Shown one piece after another: positions 18,798-27,569 of a stretch of DNA of 64,000 nt. Each line of letters begins with the position of its first letter. Position 1 is the first letter of the stretch. Source of the DNA: Candidatus Magasanikbacteria bacterium RIFCSPHIGHO2_01_FULL_33_34 (GTDB taxonomy: Bacteria; Patescibacteriota; Patescibacteriia; Magasanikbacterales; UBA922); contig MFPS01000007.1 in NCBI GenBank assembly GCA_001782825.1, positions 20,487 to 84,486 of the forward strand, written 5' to 3'. Under the pieces are notes generated by a model that saw nothing but the letters and a program-made list of their open reading frames with translations, was not told the DNA's origin and ran no database searches. The translations under genes were made by a program, and so were the position numbers.

Positions 18798-20282
18798 TTA
18801 TTTTCTCTTTTTTTGAGACACATTAAATCCCAAATACTTACCAAACATCAAATGAGTAACTGCATCAATCGCCGGTATAGCACTGACAAATATCATTGAA
18901 AATGGCAAAAGAATCCATTGTAAAACTACGGTAATATATCTGTGCTTTGGATGAGATTGTGGGACTTTTGGTAATAATGGAAAACTCAGTAATGCAGATA
19001 ATAACAAACCAATCATCGCCCCAGTAATCAAATACTGCAACAAAAATGGAGCATTAAAATACAATGCACTTTGTTTTATAGAATCTGACGCAATCATAAG
19101 TGGTAGACGCGGTAAAAATGTAATAATTATGGCCACCAATGCCCATGACCATTTGCCCTCCCATTCATTCCATATCCATTTAATTTTTTTTCTAAGGGGT
19201 ATTAATTTTCCTTTCTTTTGAAATTCCCAAATCAAATATGGAACATGCTCCACTCCCCAAGCCCAACGTCTTTGTTGTTTATACAAATTTTTAATACTTA
19301 CCCACCAATTATCATCGCGAACCGTATCCATTGAAACTGCTATATACATTGGTGTTACTTTATAATTGCCATTATAAGCTAGAAAACATTGATAGAATAT
19401 TCTTGAATCCTCACTAACAATTCTTTTATCATGAAAACCTGCGTCTACCAATGCCCGAAAACTCATTGAATGAGATGAAAAAGTAACCAATGAATCTTGT
19501 TGAGCCAAAGCTGTCATCAACCAAAAAGTAGTACCAAAAGCCATCACACGCAACACTGCTGGAGACTCCCACATATTGTTATTATACAATGCAACTGGCT
19601 GATATGAAGTTTTGGTTGGATCAGGATTTGTGCAATACAAATATGTGAGATAACTAAAATAATATTTATCACACACGGTATCTATATCAAATATAGTTAC
19701 TATAATATTTTCATATGACCAACCTTTCTCATCAACATATACTTGCATTTTTCTCTCAGCAAAATGCATATTTGAACCTTTACCAGGAATTTCATCCAAT
19801 AAATCTTTTGGATGCATTATACACACAACATTATCAAACTGATCTCCAAAAAATTCTTTTGTTTTTGCAGATATATTTTCAAAATTTTCCTGTTTTTTTT
19901 CTTCTCCGGCAATTATTAATGTAAATTTATTTTTGTCATACACTGATTCTACTATACTACTAATAGCTGGCTTTACTACATCCCACTCTTCATTATAGAC
20001 AGTCAAAAAAATCAAATGTCTTTTATCTTCTACATTATCAAGTGTTTTTATTTTGGCAAACCAATCTATTTTTTTAGTCTTTTTTAATCGTACCCACGCT
20101 ATAACCAGATAAACAGAAAAATTAAAAACTTTCAAAACCCAATATATATCATATATAATAATAAAATATACCAATGATAATGGTCTGGTAAAAGTCAAAA
20201 AAAACATCAAAAAAATAGACAGCCAAATAGACAATCCTGGTAAAATCTCATAAATTCTATACTTGTGATAATCTGACAACAT
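18798..20282 (-). CDS. Processive family-2 glycosyltransferase (cellulose/chitin-synthase-like) with flanking TM segments
   Basis: DxD (FDIDT), SEDS and the QxxRW motif (YKQQRRWAWG); N- and C-terminal TM helices. Confidence 0.6.
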   Translation of the reverse strand: MLSDYHKYRIYEILPGLSIWLSIFLMFFLTFTRPLSLVYFIIIYDIYWVLKVFNFSVYLVIAWVRLKKTKKIDWFAKIKTLDNVEDKRHLIFLTVYNEEWDVVKPAISSIVESVYDKNKFTLIIAGEEKKQENFENISAKTKEFFGDQFDNVVCIMHPKDLLDEIPGKGSNMHFAERKMQVYVDEKGWSYENIIVTIFDIDTVCDKYYFSYLTYLYCTNPDPTKTSYQPVALYNNNMWESPAVLRVMAFGTTFWLMTALAQQDSLVTFSSHSMSFRALVDAGFHDKRIVSEDSRIFYQCFLAYNGNYKVTPMYIAVSMDTVRDDNWWVSIKNLYKQQRRWAWGVEHVPYLIWEFQKKGKLIPLRKKIKWIWNEWEGKWSWALVAIIITFLPRLPLMIASDSIKQSALYFNAPFLLQYLITGAMIGLLLSALLSFPLLPKVPQSHPKHRYITVVLQWILLPFSMIFVSAIPAIDAVTHLMFGKYLGFNVSQKKRK

Positions 20283-20332
20283 ACTATCTATATAATAAAT
20301 TTAAATTTATTTACTTCAACTAAAAAACTTCA

Positions 20333-20707
20333 TCAACCAATATTAGGTTCAGACGAATATTTTGCAGAAACATATTGCCCAACAGGAATTTTATCAATCT
20401 CAGATATTAATTCTTGAACATTATCAATTTGATTTTTATTAATCGACATTATTGGTATTTGCAAAGCATATCCAAATGTATTAGCGACCACTGCCGATAT
20501 TCTAGTATTAGTAAAACTTCCTTCGCCTACTACCACCATAATTCCTTTTAATTTATTTTTGTCACACTTGTTGTCAACCAAAAAAGTATCCATTGACTCC
20601 AACAACTCACGATTCCGCCCATTATATTTAGTCTCAACCAAACTATCTTTATCAAAAAGAGCCAATTGTATTATGTCATATTCTGAAAGATTGATTAGTA
20701 TATACAT
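20333..20707 (-). CDS. tsaB: tRNA t6A biosynthesis protein TsaB (short form)
   Basis: VVVGEGSFTNTRISAVVANTFGYALQIPIMSIN matches the TsaB/YeaZ N-terminal ASKHA half; only 124 aa. Confidence 0.65.
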   Translation of the reverse strand: MYILINLSEYDIIQLALFDKDSLVETKYNGRNRELLESMDTFLVDNKCDKNKLKGIMVVVGEGSFTNTRISAVVANTFGYALQIPIMSINKNQIDNVQELISEIDKIPVGQYVSAKYSSEPNIG

Positions 20708-20712
20708 AAAAT

Positions 20713-21303
20713 CTAAACGCCTAATTTATTTATCACCTTGACATGTGGCGCTTCAAAAATAGAAAACAAAAATTTATCCATAACATGACGCCTATCAACA
20801 AACTCTTTTTCTGTAAAAATAGTATACCTGATCTCAAAACCAAATTCTTTTTCGTATTTGTCTATCATTCGTGCAATCGTCTTTTCTTTGATATCACCAG
20901 CAATCAACATATCAGCCGGCACTGATTTGGCTCCAGTAAATTGCCCACTCAAAATAAGTAATTTAACATCACCTACTTTTTCTACTAATTCACTTGTAAA
21001 CTGAACTTCACCCAATGCATGCTCTTTTATAAGTAATGCATGCATCTCTGAATACAAAATAGACTCTTTGTTTAAAGTATAATACTTTCTCAATTTTTCG
21101 CCACTCTTGCCGTCTCCAGATACATTTTTTATTTCCTTTATCAAAGTTGATTTTAATAATAAGTCTAACTCTCTCCTCACAGCATTAATCTGCACATCAA
21201 GTAAGCGAGTTAACTCCCGAACATAAAAAAGTGTATCTTGCTTTCTGAAAAATATCTTAAGTAATTTTAATCTGGTTTTTGAACCAAAAATATGTTCAAG
21301 CAT
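20713..21303 (-). CDS. Winged-HTH protein with C-terminal minimal nucleotidyltransferase-like region (putative regulator)
   Basis: N-terminal KTRLKLLKIFFRK...YVRELTRLL (wHTH-like); C-terminal LILSGQFTGAKSVPADMLIAGD resembles the MNT GS...D.D motif. Divergent to the 21421 gene. Confidence 0.35.
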   Translation of the reverse strand: MLEHIFGSKTRLKLLKIFFRKQDTLFYVRELTRLLDVQINAVRRELDLLLKSTLIKEIKNVSGDGKSGEKLRKYYTLNKESILYSEMHALLIKEHALGEVQFTSELVEKVGDVKLLILSGQFTGAKSVPADMLIAGDIKEKTIARMIDKYEKEFGFEIRYTIFTEKEFVDRRHVMDKFLFSIFEAPHVKVINKLGV

Positions 21304-21420
21304 AATAATTAATCATTTAAAGGTACACCCAGTTATTTATACTCTATATTTTATCACAGAAATAACTAAATTTTACCTTGTTAGTATTTTTGAAATATAG
21401 TATAATTGTCTTAGACTAAA

Positions 21421-23553
21421 ATGTCAAAGTGTATGGTAGAATTGCAAGAATTTTTTGTAGAAGGTGGAGACGCCAAAAAATCCCACGTTTTACTACATAT
21501 TACTGAACCAACTGGCCCTTATGAAGAGGAAAACAAAGGGTATTTTTTTGCATTGGCAGAAATAAATAATGGAAACGAAGAACAAATTCAACTTTTGCAA
21601 CAAATGATAGATGATATTGAAACTGGCTATTATGAAAACAAAGATACCGACAACAAAGACTCATTTGAATTAACACTAGAATACATAAATAGACGAGGTC
21701 ATCTATTATTAGACAAAAATAATAGCAAATTCAACTGTGTCATTGGAACCATAAAAAAAGGCAAACTATCATTTAGTTATCACGGCAATCCATCCATAAA
21801 AGTTATTTTTGTAAAAAATGACAAATATCAATTGCATGATATTTTAGAACAAGAAGCAGAAGCATCTGATCAATTGTTCTCTGCCATAATGCAAGGTGAA
21901 ATAAAAGAAAATGACTTTTTTTATATTGCAACACCCCATGTAAATAACCATATTTCAGACAGACAATTACTAAATACTTTATCAGCTAGGACCACAAAAC
22001 AAAGTTCAGAATATATCCAAAAGATTCTATCATTTTTGCGTGACAGTCTATCCTATGGTGGACTAATAATGTTTATGCCACCAAACGACAAGCGCATCAA
22101 ACCACTAAACAAAGAAATCAATGAAAACGAAGATCTTGCAGAAGAAAAAATAACTAAACCTACCACTATATCTCCACCAGAAAAAAAGGATGACTCAGAA
22201 ACCAACTACAGACCAAGAGAAGAAAAAGAATATGACTCTGTCTTTAATATGATATTAGTTAACTTTGGCAGAGCGCTGGTGTTACTTTTGTCTACCATCC
22301 TAAAAATAATAAAAGGATTTTTTGTTTTTATTGGCAAAAGTTTATTAAGCTTATTTATAATAATAACCAACAAAGGCGGACAGAGGGCCATGGTCATTCA
22401 ATCCATTCACGAATCAATCAATGCAAAAAAAACTTACCTAAAAAATCTACCTCTCATAAGTAAAATTTTGTTCATATTGACCATAATACTTGCAGTTATT
22501 TTTACTGGAAGCATAATTTATTTTAAAATTATGAACAATATAGAAAAACAACAACAAGATTATACACATCAGGTACAAGCAATTACCGACAAAAAAACCG
22601 CTGCTGAGGCAAGCATGATTTATGAAGATGACAAAAAAGCTTTTGAACTCCTCAAAGAAGCAGAAGATTTGATAAATAAACTTCCAATGAAAAATCAAGC
22701 ACAAGAAAATACCAAACTTCAACTAGCTTCTGAAATACTTTCAAACTTAAAAATACTCCAAAATTTAAATACAGTAAACACAGAAGTTGTGGCTGATTTT
22801 TCTGCAGAACAAGCTTCAGCACAAACAACAAAACTTGCTCGCATCAATGACACTATTATAGCTTATGGTCCAGATGATTTGTTTATATATATGTACAATA
22901 TAAATACAGGATCTGTAGAAAAAAAAGATCATCAAACCATACCAAACCTCACAAAAGCAAATACACCAAAAGAACAAGATAAAATTGTTTTCCTTACAAA
23001 TGACAATGGACTAGCATTTTACTCTCCTGAATCAGGCGTAATTACTACCAAAGAACTACCAACAACAGAAGGTTCATCAATTTCAGATGTATTTGTATAT
23101 AGTCAAAAACTCTATACTATGGATACAGCTCACAATAAAATCTACAAACACAATCCCACCCAACTTGGTTACGACAAAGGTAGCTCATGGCTCAAAGGTG
23201 ATATAGACATTAACGATGGTGTTTCATTAGCAGTAGATGGAGATTTGTTTTTACTAAAATCAAATGGAGAAATCCTCAAATTTACTTCTGGTCAACAACA
23301 AGAATTTACCATCACTGGACTAGATCCAGCTCTTGATAAACCAACCACAATTTGGACATACAACAACTTAAAATACTTGTACATACTAGAGCCCACAAAC
23401 AAACGAGTTGTGGTCCTAAATAAAACTGGTCAAATGATGCAACAATATACATCTGACTCATGGCAAAACCCAACTGGAATGGTAGTAGACGAAGAAAAAA
23501 AAGTTGTCTATGTTCTAGACAACAACAAAATACATAGATTCGGCATTCAATAA
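21421..23553 (+). CDS. Large hypothetical membrane protein: cytoplasmic N-domain, TM segments, coiled coil, C-terminal beta-propeller-like repeats
   Basis: 710 aa; hydrophobic segments around aa 270-370; repeated ~45-aa units near the C-terminus (NKIYKH.. / NKIHRF..). No family recognised. Confidence 0.45.
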   Translation: MSKCMVELQEFFVEGGDAKKSHVLLHITEPTGPYEEENKGYFFALAEINNGNEEQIQLLQQMIDDIETGYYENKDTDNKDSFELTLEYINRRGHLLLDKNNSKFNCVIGTIKKGKLSFSYHGNPSIKVIFVKNDKYQLHDILEQEAEASDQLFSAIMQGEIKENDFFYIATPHVNNHISDRQLLNTLSARTTKQSSEYIQKILSFLRDSLSYGGLIMFMPPNDKRIKPLNKEINENEDLAEEKITKPTTISPPEKKDDSETNYRPREEKEYDSVFNMILVNFGRALVLLLSTILKIIKGFFVFIGKSLLSLFIIITNKGGQRAMVIQSIHESINAKKTYLKNLPLISKILFILTIILAVIFTGSIIYFKIMNNIEKQQQDYTHQVQAITDKKTAAEASMIYEDDKKAFELLKEAEDLINKLPMKNQAQENTKLQLASEILSNLKILQNLNTVNTEVVADFSAEQASAQTTKLARINDTIIAYGPDDLFIYMYNINTGSVEKKDHQTIPNLTKANTPKEQDKIVFLTNDNGLAFYSPESGVITTKELPTTEGSSISDVFVYSQKLYTMDTAHNKIYKHNPTQLGYDKGSSWLKGDIDINDGVSLAVDGDLFLLKSNGEILKFTSGQQQEFTITGLDPALDKPTTIWTYNNLKYLYILEPTNKRVVVLNKTGQMMQQYTSDSWQNPTGMVVDEEKKVVYVLDNNKIHRFGIQ

Positions 23554-23562
23554 TAAAACTGA

Positions 23563-24129
23563 CTAATTAGTCGGTTTTTTTATTTTTCTAAATTCAATTA
23601 CTTTCAAAATTACAAACAAAGCAAAAATTAATGCGTATTTTACAACTTCTTGTTTTGTAAGCGCTACATGCACAAAAGCCGCAAACATCACAAAATATGC
23701 AGAATAATGAAGCTTTTTCCAATTCTTTTTCAATTTTTTGATAGCATAATTATTGGCCGTAAGAGTCAAAATTGTCATACCTAGTCCTGCCACCAATCCC
23801 CAATAAATTGGTGTCCCCAAACTTCCCCAATATTCTGGTTTGTAAAATTGATACATATAATTCATACCAGCAAAATGGAAAAAAAATAACCAAAAATTTA
23901 ATACTCCCAATTCACGCCTATACGAAACAATTTTCCAAAATATTTTTAATTTGAATATCGCAGCCAGTGGCTTAACAAAAAGAATCACACCCAACAAATA
24001 CAATGCACTCTGTCCGAGTAATTTAAAAAACTCCAAACTTTTAATTTGTGTTGCCAATATTAACAGAAACACTGGCGTTAAATAATAAATCAATAAATGA
24101 GTAATCTTTCTAAACTTTATTTGCATCAT
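23563..24129 (-). CDS. MsrQ/YedZ-like ferric-reductase-type heme-binding membrane protein
   Basis: 6 TM; RRELGVLNFWLFFFHFAGM and KKLHYSAYFVMFAAFVHV align with the conserved His-bearing helices of MsrQ. No msrP partner nearby. Confidence 0.5.
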   Translation of the reverse strand: MMQIKFRKITHLLIYYLTPVFLLILATQIKSLEFFKLLGQSALYLLGVILFVKPLAAIFKLKIFWKIVSYRRELGVLNFWLFFFHFAGMNYMYQFYKPEYWGSLGTPIYWGLVAGLGMTILTLTANNYAIKKLKKNWKKLHYSAYFVMFAAFVHVALTKQEVVKYALIFALFVILKVIEFRKIKKPTN

Positions 24130-24146
24130 ATTATAATATTAAATAT

Positions 24147-24255
24147 AATGGGAATTATTATGAACGGATTCATTTGCCCCAACAGACAAATGCCTCGGAG
24201 CCCAAGGCGAGAATCCTGCCTGCCGGCAGGCAGGGAGTGAATAATAATTCCCATT
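24147..24255. repeat. Structured intergenic repeat, copy B: 15-bp perfect inverted repeat (24147-24161 / 24241-24255) closing the same GC-rich core plus the inserted 20-bp palindrome (24215-24234)
   Basis: aatgggaattattat / ataataattcccatt are exact reverse complements. The core is shared with copy A except for CCTGCCTGCCGGCAGGCAGG inserted between gagaat and gagt. Confidence 0.6.
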
Positions 24256-24293
24256 ATATTTATATTTATATTTTAACAAAAAAATTACAAAAC

Positions 24294-24324
24294 AAAAAGA
24301 CCCTTTACTAAAAGGGTCTTTTTG
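24294..24324 (-). terminator. Rho-independent terminator of rplJL operon
   Basis: AAGACCC-tttactaaa-AGGGTCTT hairpin with a flanking T-run. Confidence 0.65.
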
Positions 24325-24333
24325 AAAACGAAT

Positions 24334-24747
24334 TTATTTCAAAACTACTTTACCACCAGCTTCTTCAATCTTCTTTTTCATTTCTTCAGCTTCTGCTTTA
24401 GCAACATTTTCTTTGACAACTTTTGGAGCGCTGTCAACCAATGTTTTAGCATCAGCCAAACCAAGACCAGTCAATTCTTTAACTACCTTGATAACCGCTA
24501 TTTTTGTTCCACCTGCTTCAGTCAACTCAACTGTAAATTCAGTTTTTTCTGCTGATTCACCACCGGCTTCACCACCACCAACAGCTGGAGCTGCCATCAT
24601 TGCCATTGGGGCTGCAGCGCTAACTCCAAATTTTTCTTCTAGAACTTTAACTAGTTCTGAAAGATCAAGTACTGACATTTTTTCAACTTCCTCAACCAAG
24701 GATTTGAACTTTGCTGGTACTTCTACATCTTTTTTTTCTTCTGACAT
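24334..24747 (-). CDS. rplL: 50S ribosomal protein L7/L12
   Basis: 137 aa; Ala-rich flexible hinge and C-terminal domain [22 protein letters not shown]. Confidence 0.9.
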   Translation of the reverse strand: MSEEKKDVEVPAKFKSLVEEVEKMSVLDLSELVKVLEEKFGVSAAAPMAMMAAPAVGGGEAGGESAEKTEFTVELTEAGGTKIAVIKVVKELTGLGLADAKTLVDSAPKVVKENVAKAEAEEMKKKIEEAGGKVVLK

Positions 24748-24759
24748 ATATTTATATTA

Positions 24760-25290
24760 TTATACTTTAGATTCTTTAATTCCATTTAGAACATTCACCA
24801 AACCACGCAAATTTCCAGCCAATACATTTACAAAGCCAGAAATAGGCGCATTCAATGTGCCAACCAACTGACCAAGCATTTGTTGCTTGTTTGGCAATTG
24901 TGACAATTCAGTTACTTTGACAGCATCAATATATTTACCTTCTAATAACCCACCAAATACACTAACAACTTTGTGAGTTTTAGCAAATTTAGCAACAGTT
25001 TGAGCCGGCGCAACTTCATCTTCGTTTCCAAAGACTACTGCTACTCCACCCTCATATGCTTTAGTATCAATATCATAACCTGCATCAGTCAAAGCCTTTT
25101 TAAGTAATGTCTTTTTACTAGCAACATAAGTAATATTTTGCTCGCGACATATACTGCGAAGCTCTTCAGATTCTAAAACCTTCAAACCTTGAAAGTTTGC
25201 AAAAACTACTGATTTGGAATTTTTGATACCATCAACCAATACTTGTAAACTTTGTTCTTTTTGTTGTTTTGTTTTTGCCATAATTTTCAA
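24760..25290 (-). CDS. rplJ: 50S ribosomal protein L10
   Basis: 176 aa immediately upstream of rplL; typical L10 N-terminal domain. Confidence 0.85.
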   Translation of the reverse strand: MKIMAKTKQQKEQSLQVLVDGIKNSKSVVFANFQGLKVLESEELRSICREQNITYVASKKTLLKKALTDAGYDIDTKAYEGGVAVVFGNEDEVAPAQTVAKFAKTHKVVSVFGGLLEGKYIDAVKVTELSQLPNKQQMLGQLVGTLNAPISGFVNVLAGNLRGLVNVLNGIKESKV

Positions 25291-25440
25291 TAAAAAACTG
25301 TGGTTTTCACCACAGACATCTTGGATATCCTCGACCTTTTATTTATTTAAAAAAATAAAGTTAGGATTACCTCGGTAGCTTATTAAGGGTTATACCCTGC
25401 TACTGTCTGCGGTTTGCCCCTAATTGGGACATATATTACG
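25291..25440 (-). promoter_or_regulatory. rplJ leader (L10-leader-like) with attenuator hairpin
   Basis: ~147-nt leader from the minus-strand promoter; CTGTGGTG-aaaa-CCACAG hairpin plus TTTTTTATT only 11 nt before the rplJ ATG. Confidence 0.45.
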
Positions 25441-25443
25441 CAT

Positions 25444-25472
25444 ATATTAACAAAATAGCTTAATCTTGTCAA
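25444..25472 (-). promoter_or_regulatory. Sigma70-like promoter of rplJL (minus strand)
   Basis: TTGACA-17-TAATAT on the minus strand. The -35 shares the palindromic cttgtcaag with a plus-strand promoter. Confidence 0.5.
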
Positions 25473-25497
25473 GTTTTGGTAATGTGTATAAATACTC

Positions 25498-25526
25498 TTG
25501 ACAAAACAAGGAAAATATAGTACATT
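25498..25526 (+). promoter_or_regulatory. Sigma70-like promoter for candidate sRNA
   Basis: TTGACA-17-TACATT. Confidence 0.4.
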
Positions 25527-25533
25527 GTTTCCA

Positions 25534-25651
25534 ACCTCATGAGACAGTGAGGGCAAAGCAAAAACAAGGAGCAATTCACCATGAAAAGCGTCCAAGCAGG
25601 TTTTGCCTAGCTACGAGGTACAGGCCCAGTCAAACGGGCCTTTTCTATTTT
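25534..25651 (+). ncRNA. Candidate small structured RNA (~120 nt), identity unresolved (SRP/4.5S RNA is one possibility)
   Basis: Own promoter upstream and an intrinsic terminator GGCCC-agtcaaac-GGGCC-TTTTCTATTTT at 25621-25651. Nested helices (ACCTC..GAGGT, GGCAAA..TTTGCC); no credible ORF. Confidence 0.35.
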
Positions 25652-25657
25652 CTATAC

Positions 25658-25686
25658 TTGACTAAACCAACAAAAAATAGTATAAT
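25658..25686 (+). promoter_or_regulatory. Consensus sigma70 promoter of tRNA-Glu
   Basis: TTGACT-17-TATAAT, about 20 nt upstream of the tRNA. Confidence 0.6.
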
Positions 25687-25707
25687 TTTCTCGTTATCCA
25701 AAAAAAT

Positions 25708-25782
25708 GGCCCTATCGTCTAGTGGTTAGGACATCAGGTTTTCATCCTGGTAACAGGGGTTCGATTCCCCTTAGGGCTACCA
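25708..25782 (+). tRNA. tRNA-Glu (anticodon UUC), CCA encoded
   Basis: Acceptor GGCCCTA/TAGGGCT, anticodon stem TCAGG/CCTGG with loop TTTTCAT, T-arm AGGGG-TTCGATT-CCCCT, 3' ACCA. Confidence 0.85.
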
Positions 25783-25832
25783 AAACAACGCCATCTTTAT
25801 AATGGAGTTGTTTTTTGTGATATAATTAAAAA

Positions 25833-26681
25833 ATGCAAAATAATAATAAAAAATTAATAGTCATTATTTTCTCAATATTAATAATTGTTTTATTAAATTG
25901 TTATTTTATTTTTCTCAAAAAAATCTATTCTTCTACCATGGTACGACAAACAACCCAGACTAAAAATAATGAAATACAGGCAACTGTCAAAATTGATATA
26001 ACCCCTGTAAAAGTACCAATTATTGTCTATCACAGCATAAAACCAATGAGCAACTACCCAACCCAAGACGAAAAAACTTTTACAGTTTCTCCGGAAATGT
26101 TTGAAAAACAGATGCAGTACTTAAATGAAAATAATTATACTACTATCACTTTTGATGATTTGTTTAATTATTTTCAAGGAAAAAAGTTACCAGAAAATCC
26201 TGTTATTATTAATTTTGATGATGGCTGGAAAAACCAATATACCCATGCTTTTCCAATACTCAAAAAAACAAATAATATTGCCACCTTTTATATCTTTACC
26301 AATGCCATAGACCATGAAAATTATTTATCTTGGGAACAAATAAAAGAAATGTCTGAGGCAAATATGGAATTTGGTGACCATAGCCACTACCATCCTTATC
26401 TTTGGAAAATAGAAGATCAAACTGAACTTGACAGAGAAATAATAAAAAGCAAAGAAATTATTGAAAAGCATTTAGGCAAAACAATCACCACTTTTGCTTA
26501 TCCATTTGGACTATATTCTTCTACTACTGTTGAAATGGTTAAAAAGGCTGGATTTACTACTGCACGAAGTTTTGATAAATGGGGTAATTACCATAGCAAA
26601 GATGATCTACTAACTTTAAGAAGTATTCAAATAACCAACAGTCTAAACAGCTTAATCAATGCTCTAGATTATGATAAATAA
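25833..26681 (+). CDS. Polysaccharide deacetylase (CE4/NodB homology domain) with N-terminal TM
   Basis: NFDDGW, conserved His motifs (HSHYHP) and FAYPFG, typical of CE4. Confidence 0.75.
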   Translation: MQNNNKKLIVIIFSILIIVLLNCYFIFLKKIYSSTMVRQTTQTKNNEIQATVKIDITPVKVPIIVYHSIKPMSNYPTQDEKTFTVSPEMFEKQMQYLNENNYTTITFDDLFNYFQGKKLPENPVIINFDDGWKNQYTHAFPILKKTNNIATFYIFTNAIDHENYLSWEQIKEMSEANMEFGDHSHYHPYLWKIEDQTELDREIIKSKEIIEKHLGKTITTFAYPFGLYSSTTVEMVKKAGFTTARSFDKWGNYHSKDDLLTLRSIQITNSLNSLINALDYDK

Positions 26682-26699
26682 TACATCCACCCAAAGCCC

Positions 26700-26728
26700 T
26701 TGACAAAAAGCTTATTTTGTGCTATAAT
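26700..26728 (+). promoter_or_regulatory. Consensus sigma70 promoter for the 26787 gene
   Basis: TTGACA-17-TATAAT, followed by a GGTACCTAT-cac-TATAGGTATC leader hairpin and an AAAGAAA RBS. Confidence 0.6.
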
Positions 26729-26786
26729 TTCAGGTTATTTAACGAGGTACCTATCACTATAGGTATCTTTTAAATTAAAGAAAATT

Positions 26787-27404
26787 ATGATAAATAAGCC
26801 AAAAAATACCCTTAAAAAGCTAGTTACTACACTGTTTGCGATGACAGTCATTTTGTATCCATCACAAACCCATGCTAAAACTGATTTTTTTATCTTTTCT
26901 GGAATATTCAATATATTCAACACCACACAAACATTACTATCTTATTCCTCTGTCCCATATAATATAACCACCATATATGAGGACGCTAAGGAAAAAATAG
27001 ATGAAGAAAAAATGGAAAAAAATGAAGATAAAGAACAAGCACAAAGAATAGATGAATACTTTAAAAAACGCGATATGCCATTGGCAGGCTACGGCAAAAC
27101 ATTTGTTGACTCTGCCAAAAAGTATAATATCGACCCTCGTCTTTTGGCCGCCATTGGCGTCCGTGAATCATCTGGAGGAAAGCGCTTGATGAATAATAAT
27201 CCGTTTGGTTGGGGAGGAGCTCTAATCAAATTTAAAGATTTTTCTGAAGCAATTGATGTGGTATCAATGAACTTGGGTGGACATAATCCTAATACAGCCA
27301 AATATTATAAAGATGCTGATACTATGGAAAAACTCTGGTATTATAATGGTACAGTGATACCAACTTACCCAGAAGAAGTGATAGCTATAATGGAAATGAT
27401 GTAA
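26787..27404 (+). CDS. Secreted GH73-like peptidoglycan hydrolase (glucosaminidase domain)
   Basis: Signal peptide; LLAAIGVRESSGG and NNPFGWGG resemble the GH73 AIxESxxG / NNxFG motifs. Confidence 0.5.
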   Translation: MINKPKNTLKKLVTTLFAMTVILYPSQTHAKTDFFIFSGIFNIFNTTQTLLSYSSVPYNITTIYEDAKEKIDEEKMEKNEDKEQAQRIDEYFKKRDMPLAGYGKTFVDSAKKYNIDPRLLAAIGVRESSGGKRLMNNNPFGWGGALIKFKDFSEAIDVVSMNLGGHNPNTAKYYKDADTMEKLWYYNGTVIPTYPEEVIAIMEMM

Positions 27405-27432
27405 TAAAAAACGGCTAAAAACCGTTTTTTAT
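27405..27432 (+). terminator. Rho-independent terminator
   Basis: AAACGG-ctaaaa-CCGTTT hairpin followed by TTTTATT. Confidence 0.55.
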
Positions 27433-27511
27433 TACATTGAAATTTTAAAACTCTGCTATCACATTTTGATTATTTTTTATTTGGACTTTATGTAATTTTA
27501 TATAAAAGATT

Positions 27512-27540
27512 TTGACAATTATAAAATTTAAGTTTATTAT
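27512..27540 (+). promoter_or_regulatory. Sigma70-like promoter for the 27570 gene
   Basis: TTGACA-17-TATTAT. Confidence 0.5.
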
Positions 27541-27569
27541 TAACTATATATTTATCAATTTTAACCTTT

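Noticed and set aside
24413-24871. 152-aa plus-strand ORF antisense to rplL/rplJ
   Set aside because: An Ala/Ser/Thr-rich antisense frame that mirrors the Ala-rich L7/L12 gene; a typical shadow ORF.
25534-25651. Firm identification of the candidate sRNA as SRP/4.5S RNA
   Set aside because: I could not place the domain IV GNRA tetraloop and the symmetric/asymmetric loop motifs by eye. It is kept as an unidentified ncRNA candidate.
25383-25729. ORFs 25383-25595 (-) and 25547-25729 (+)
   Set aside because: They span promoters, the rplJ leader, the candidate sRNA and its terminator; they have no RBS or plausible protein features.
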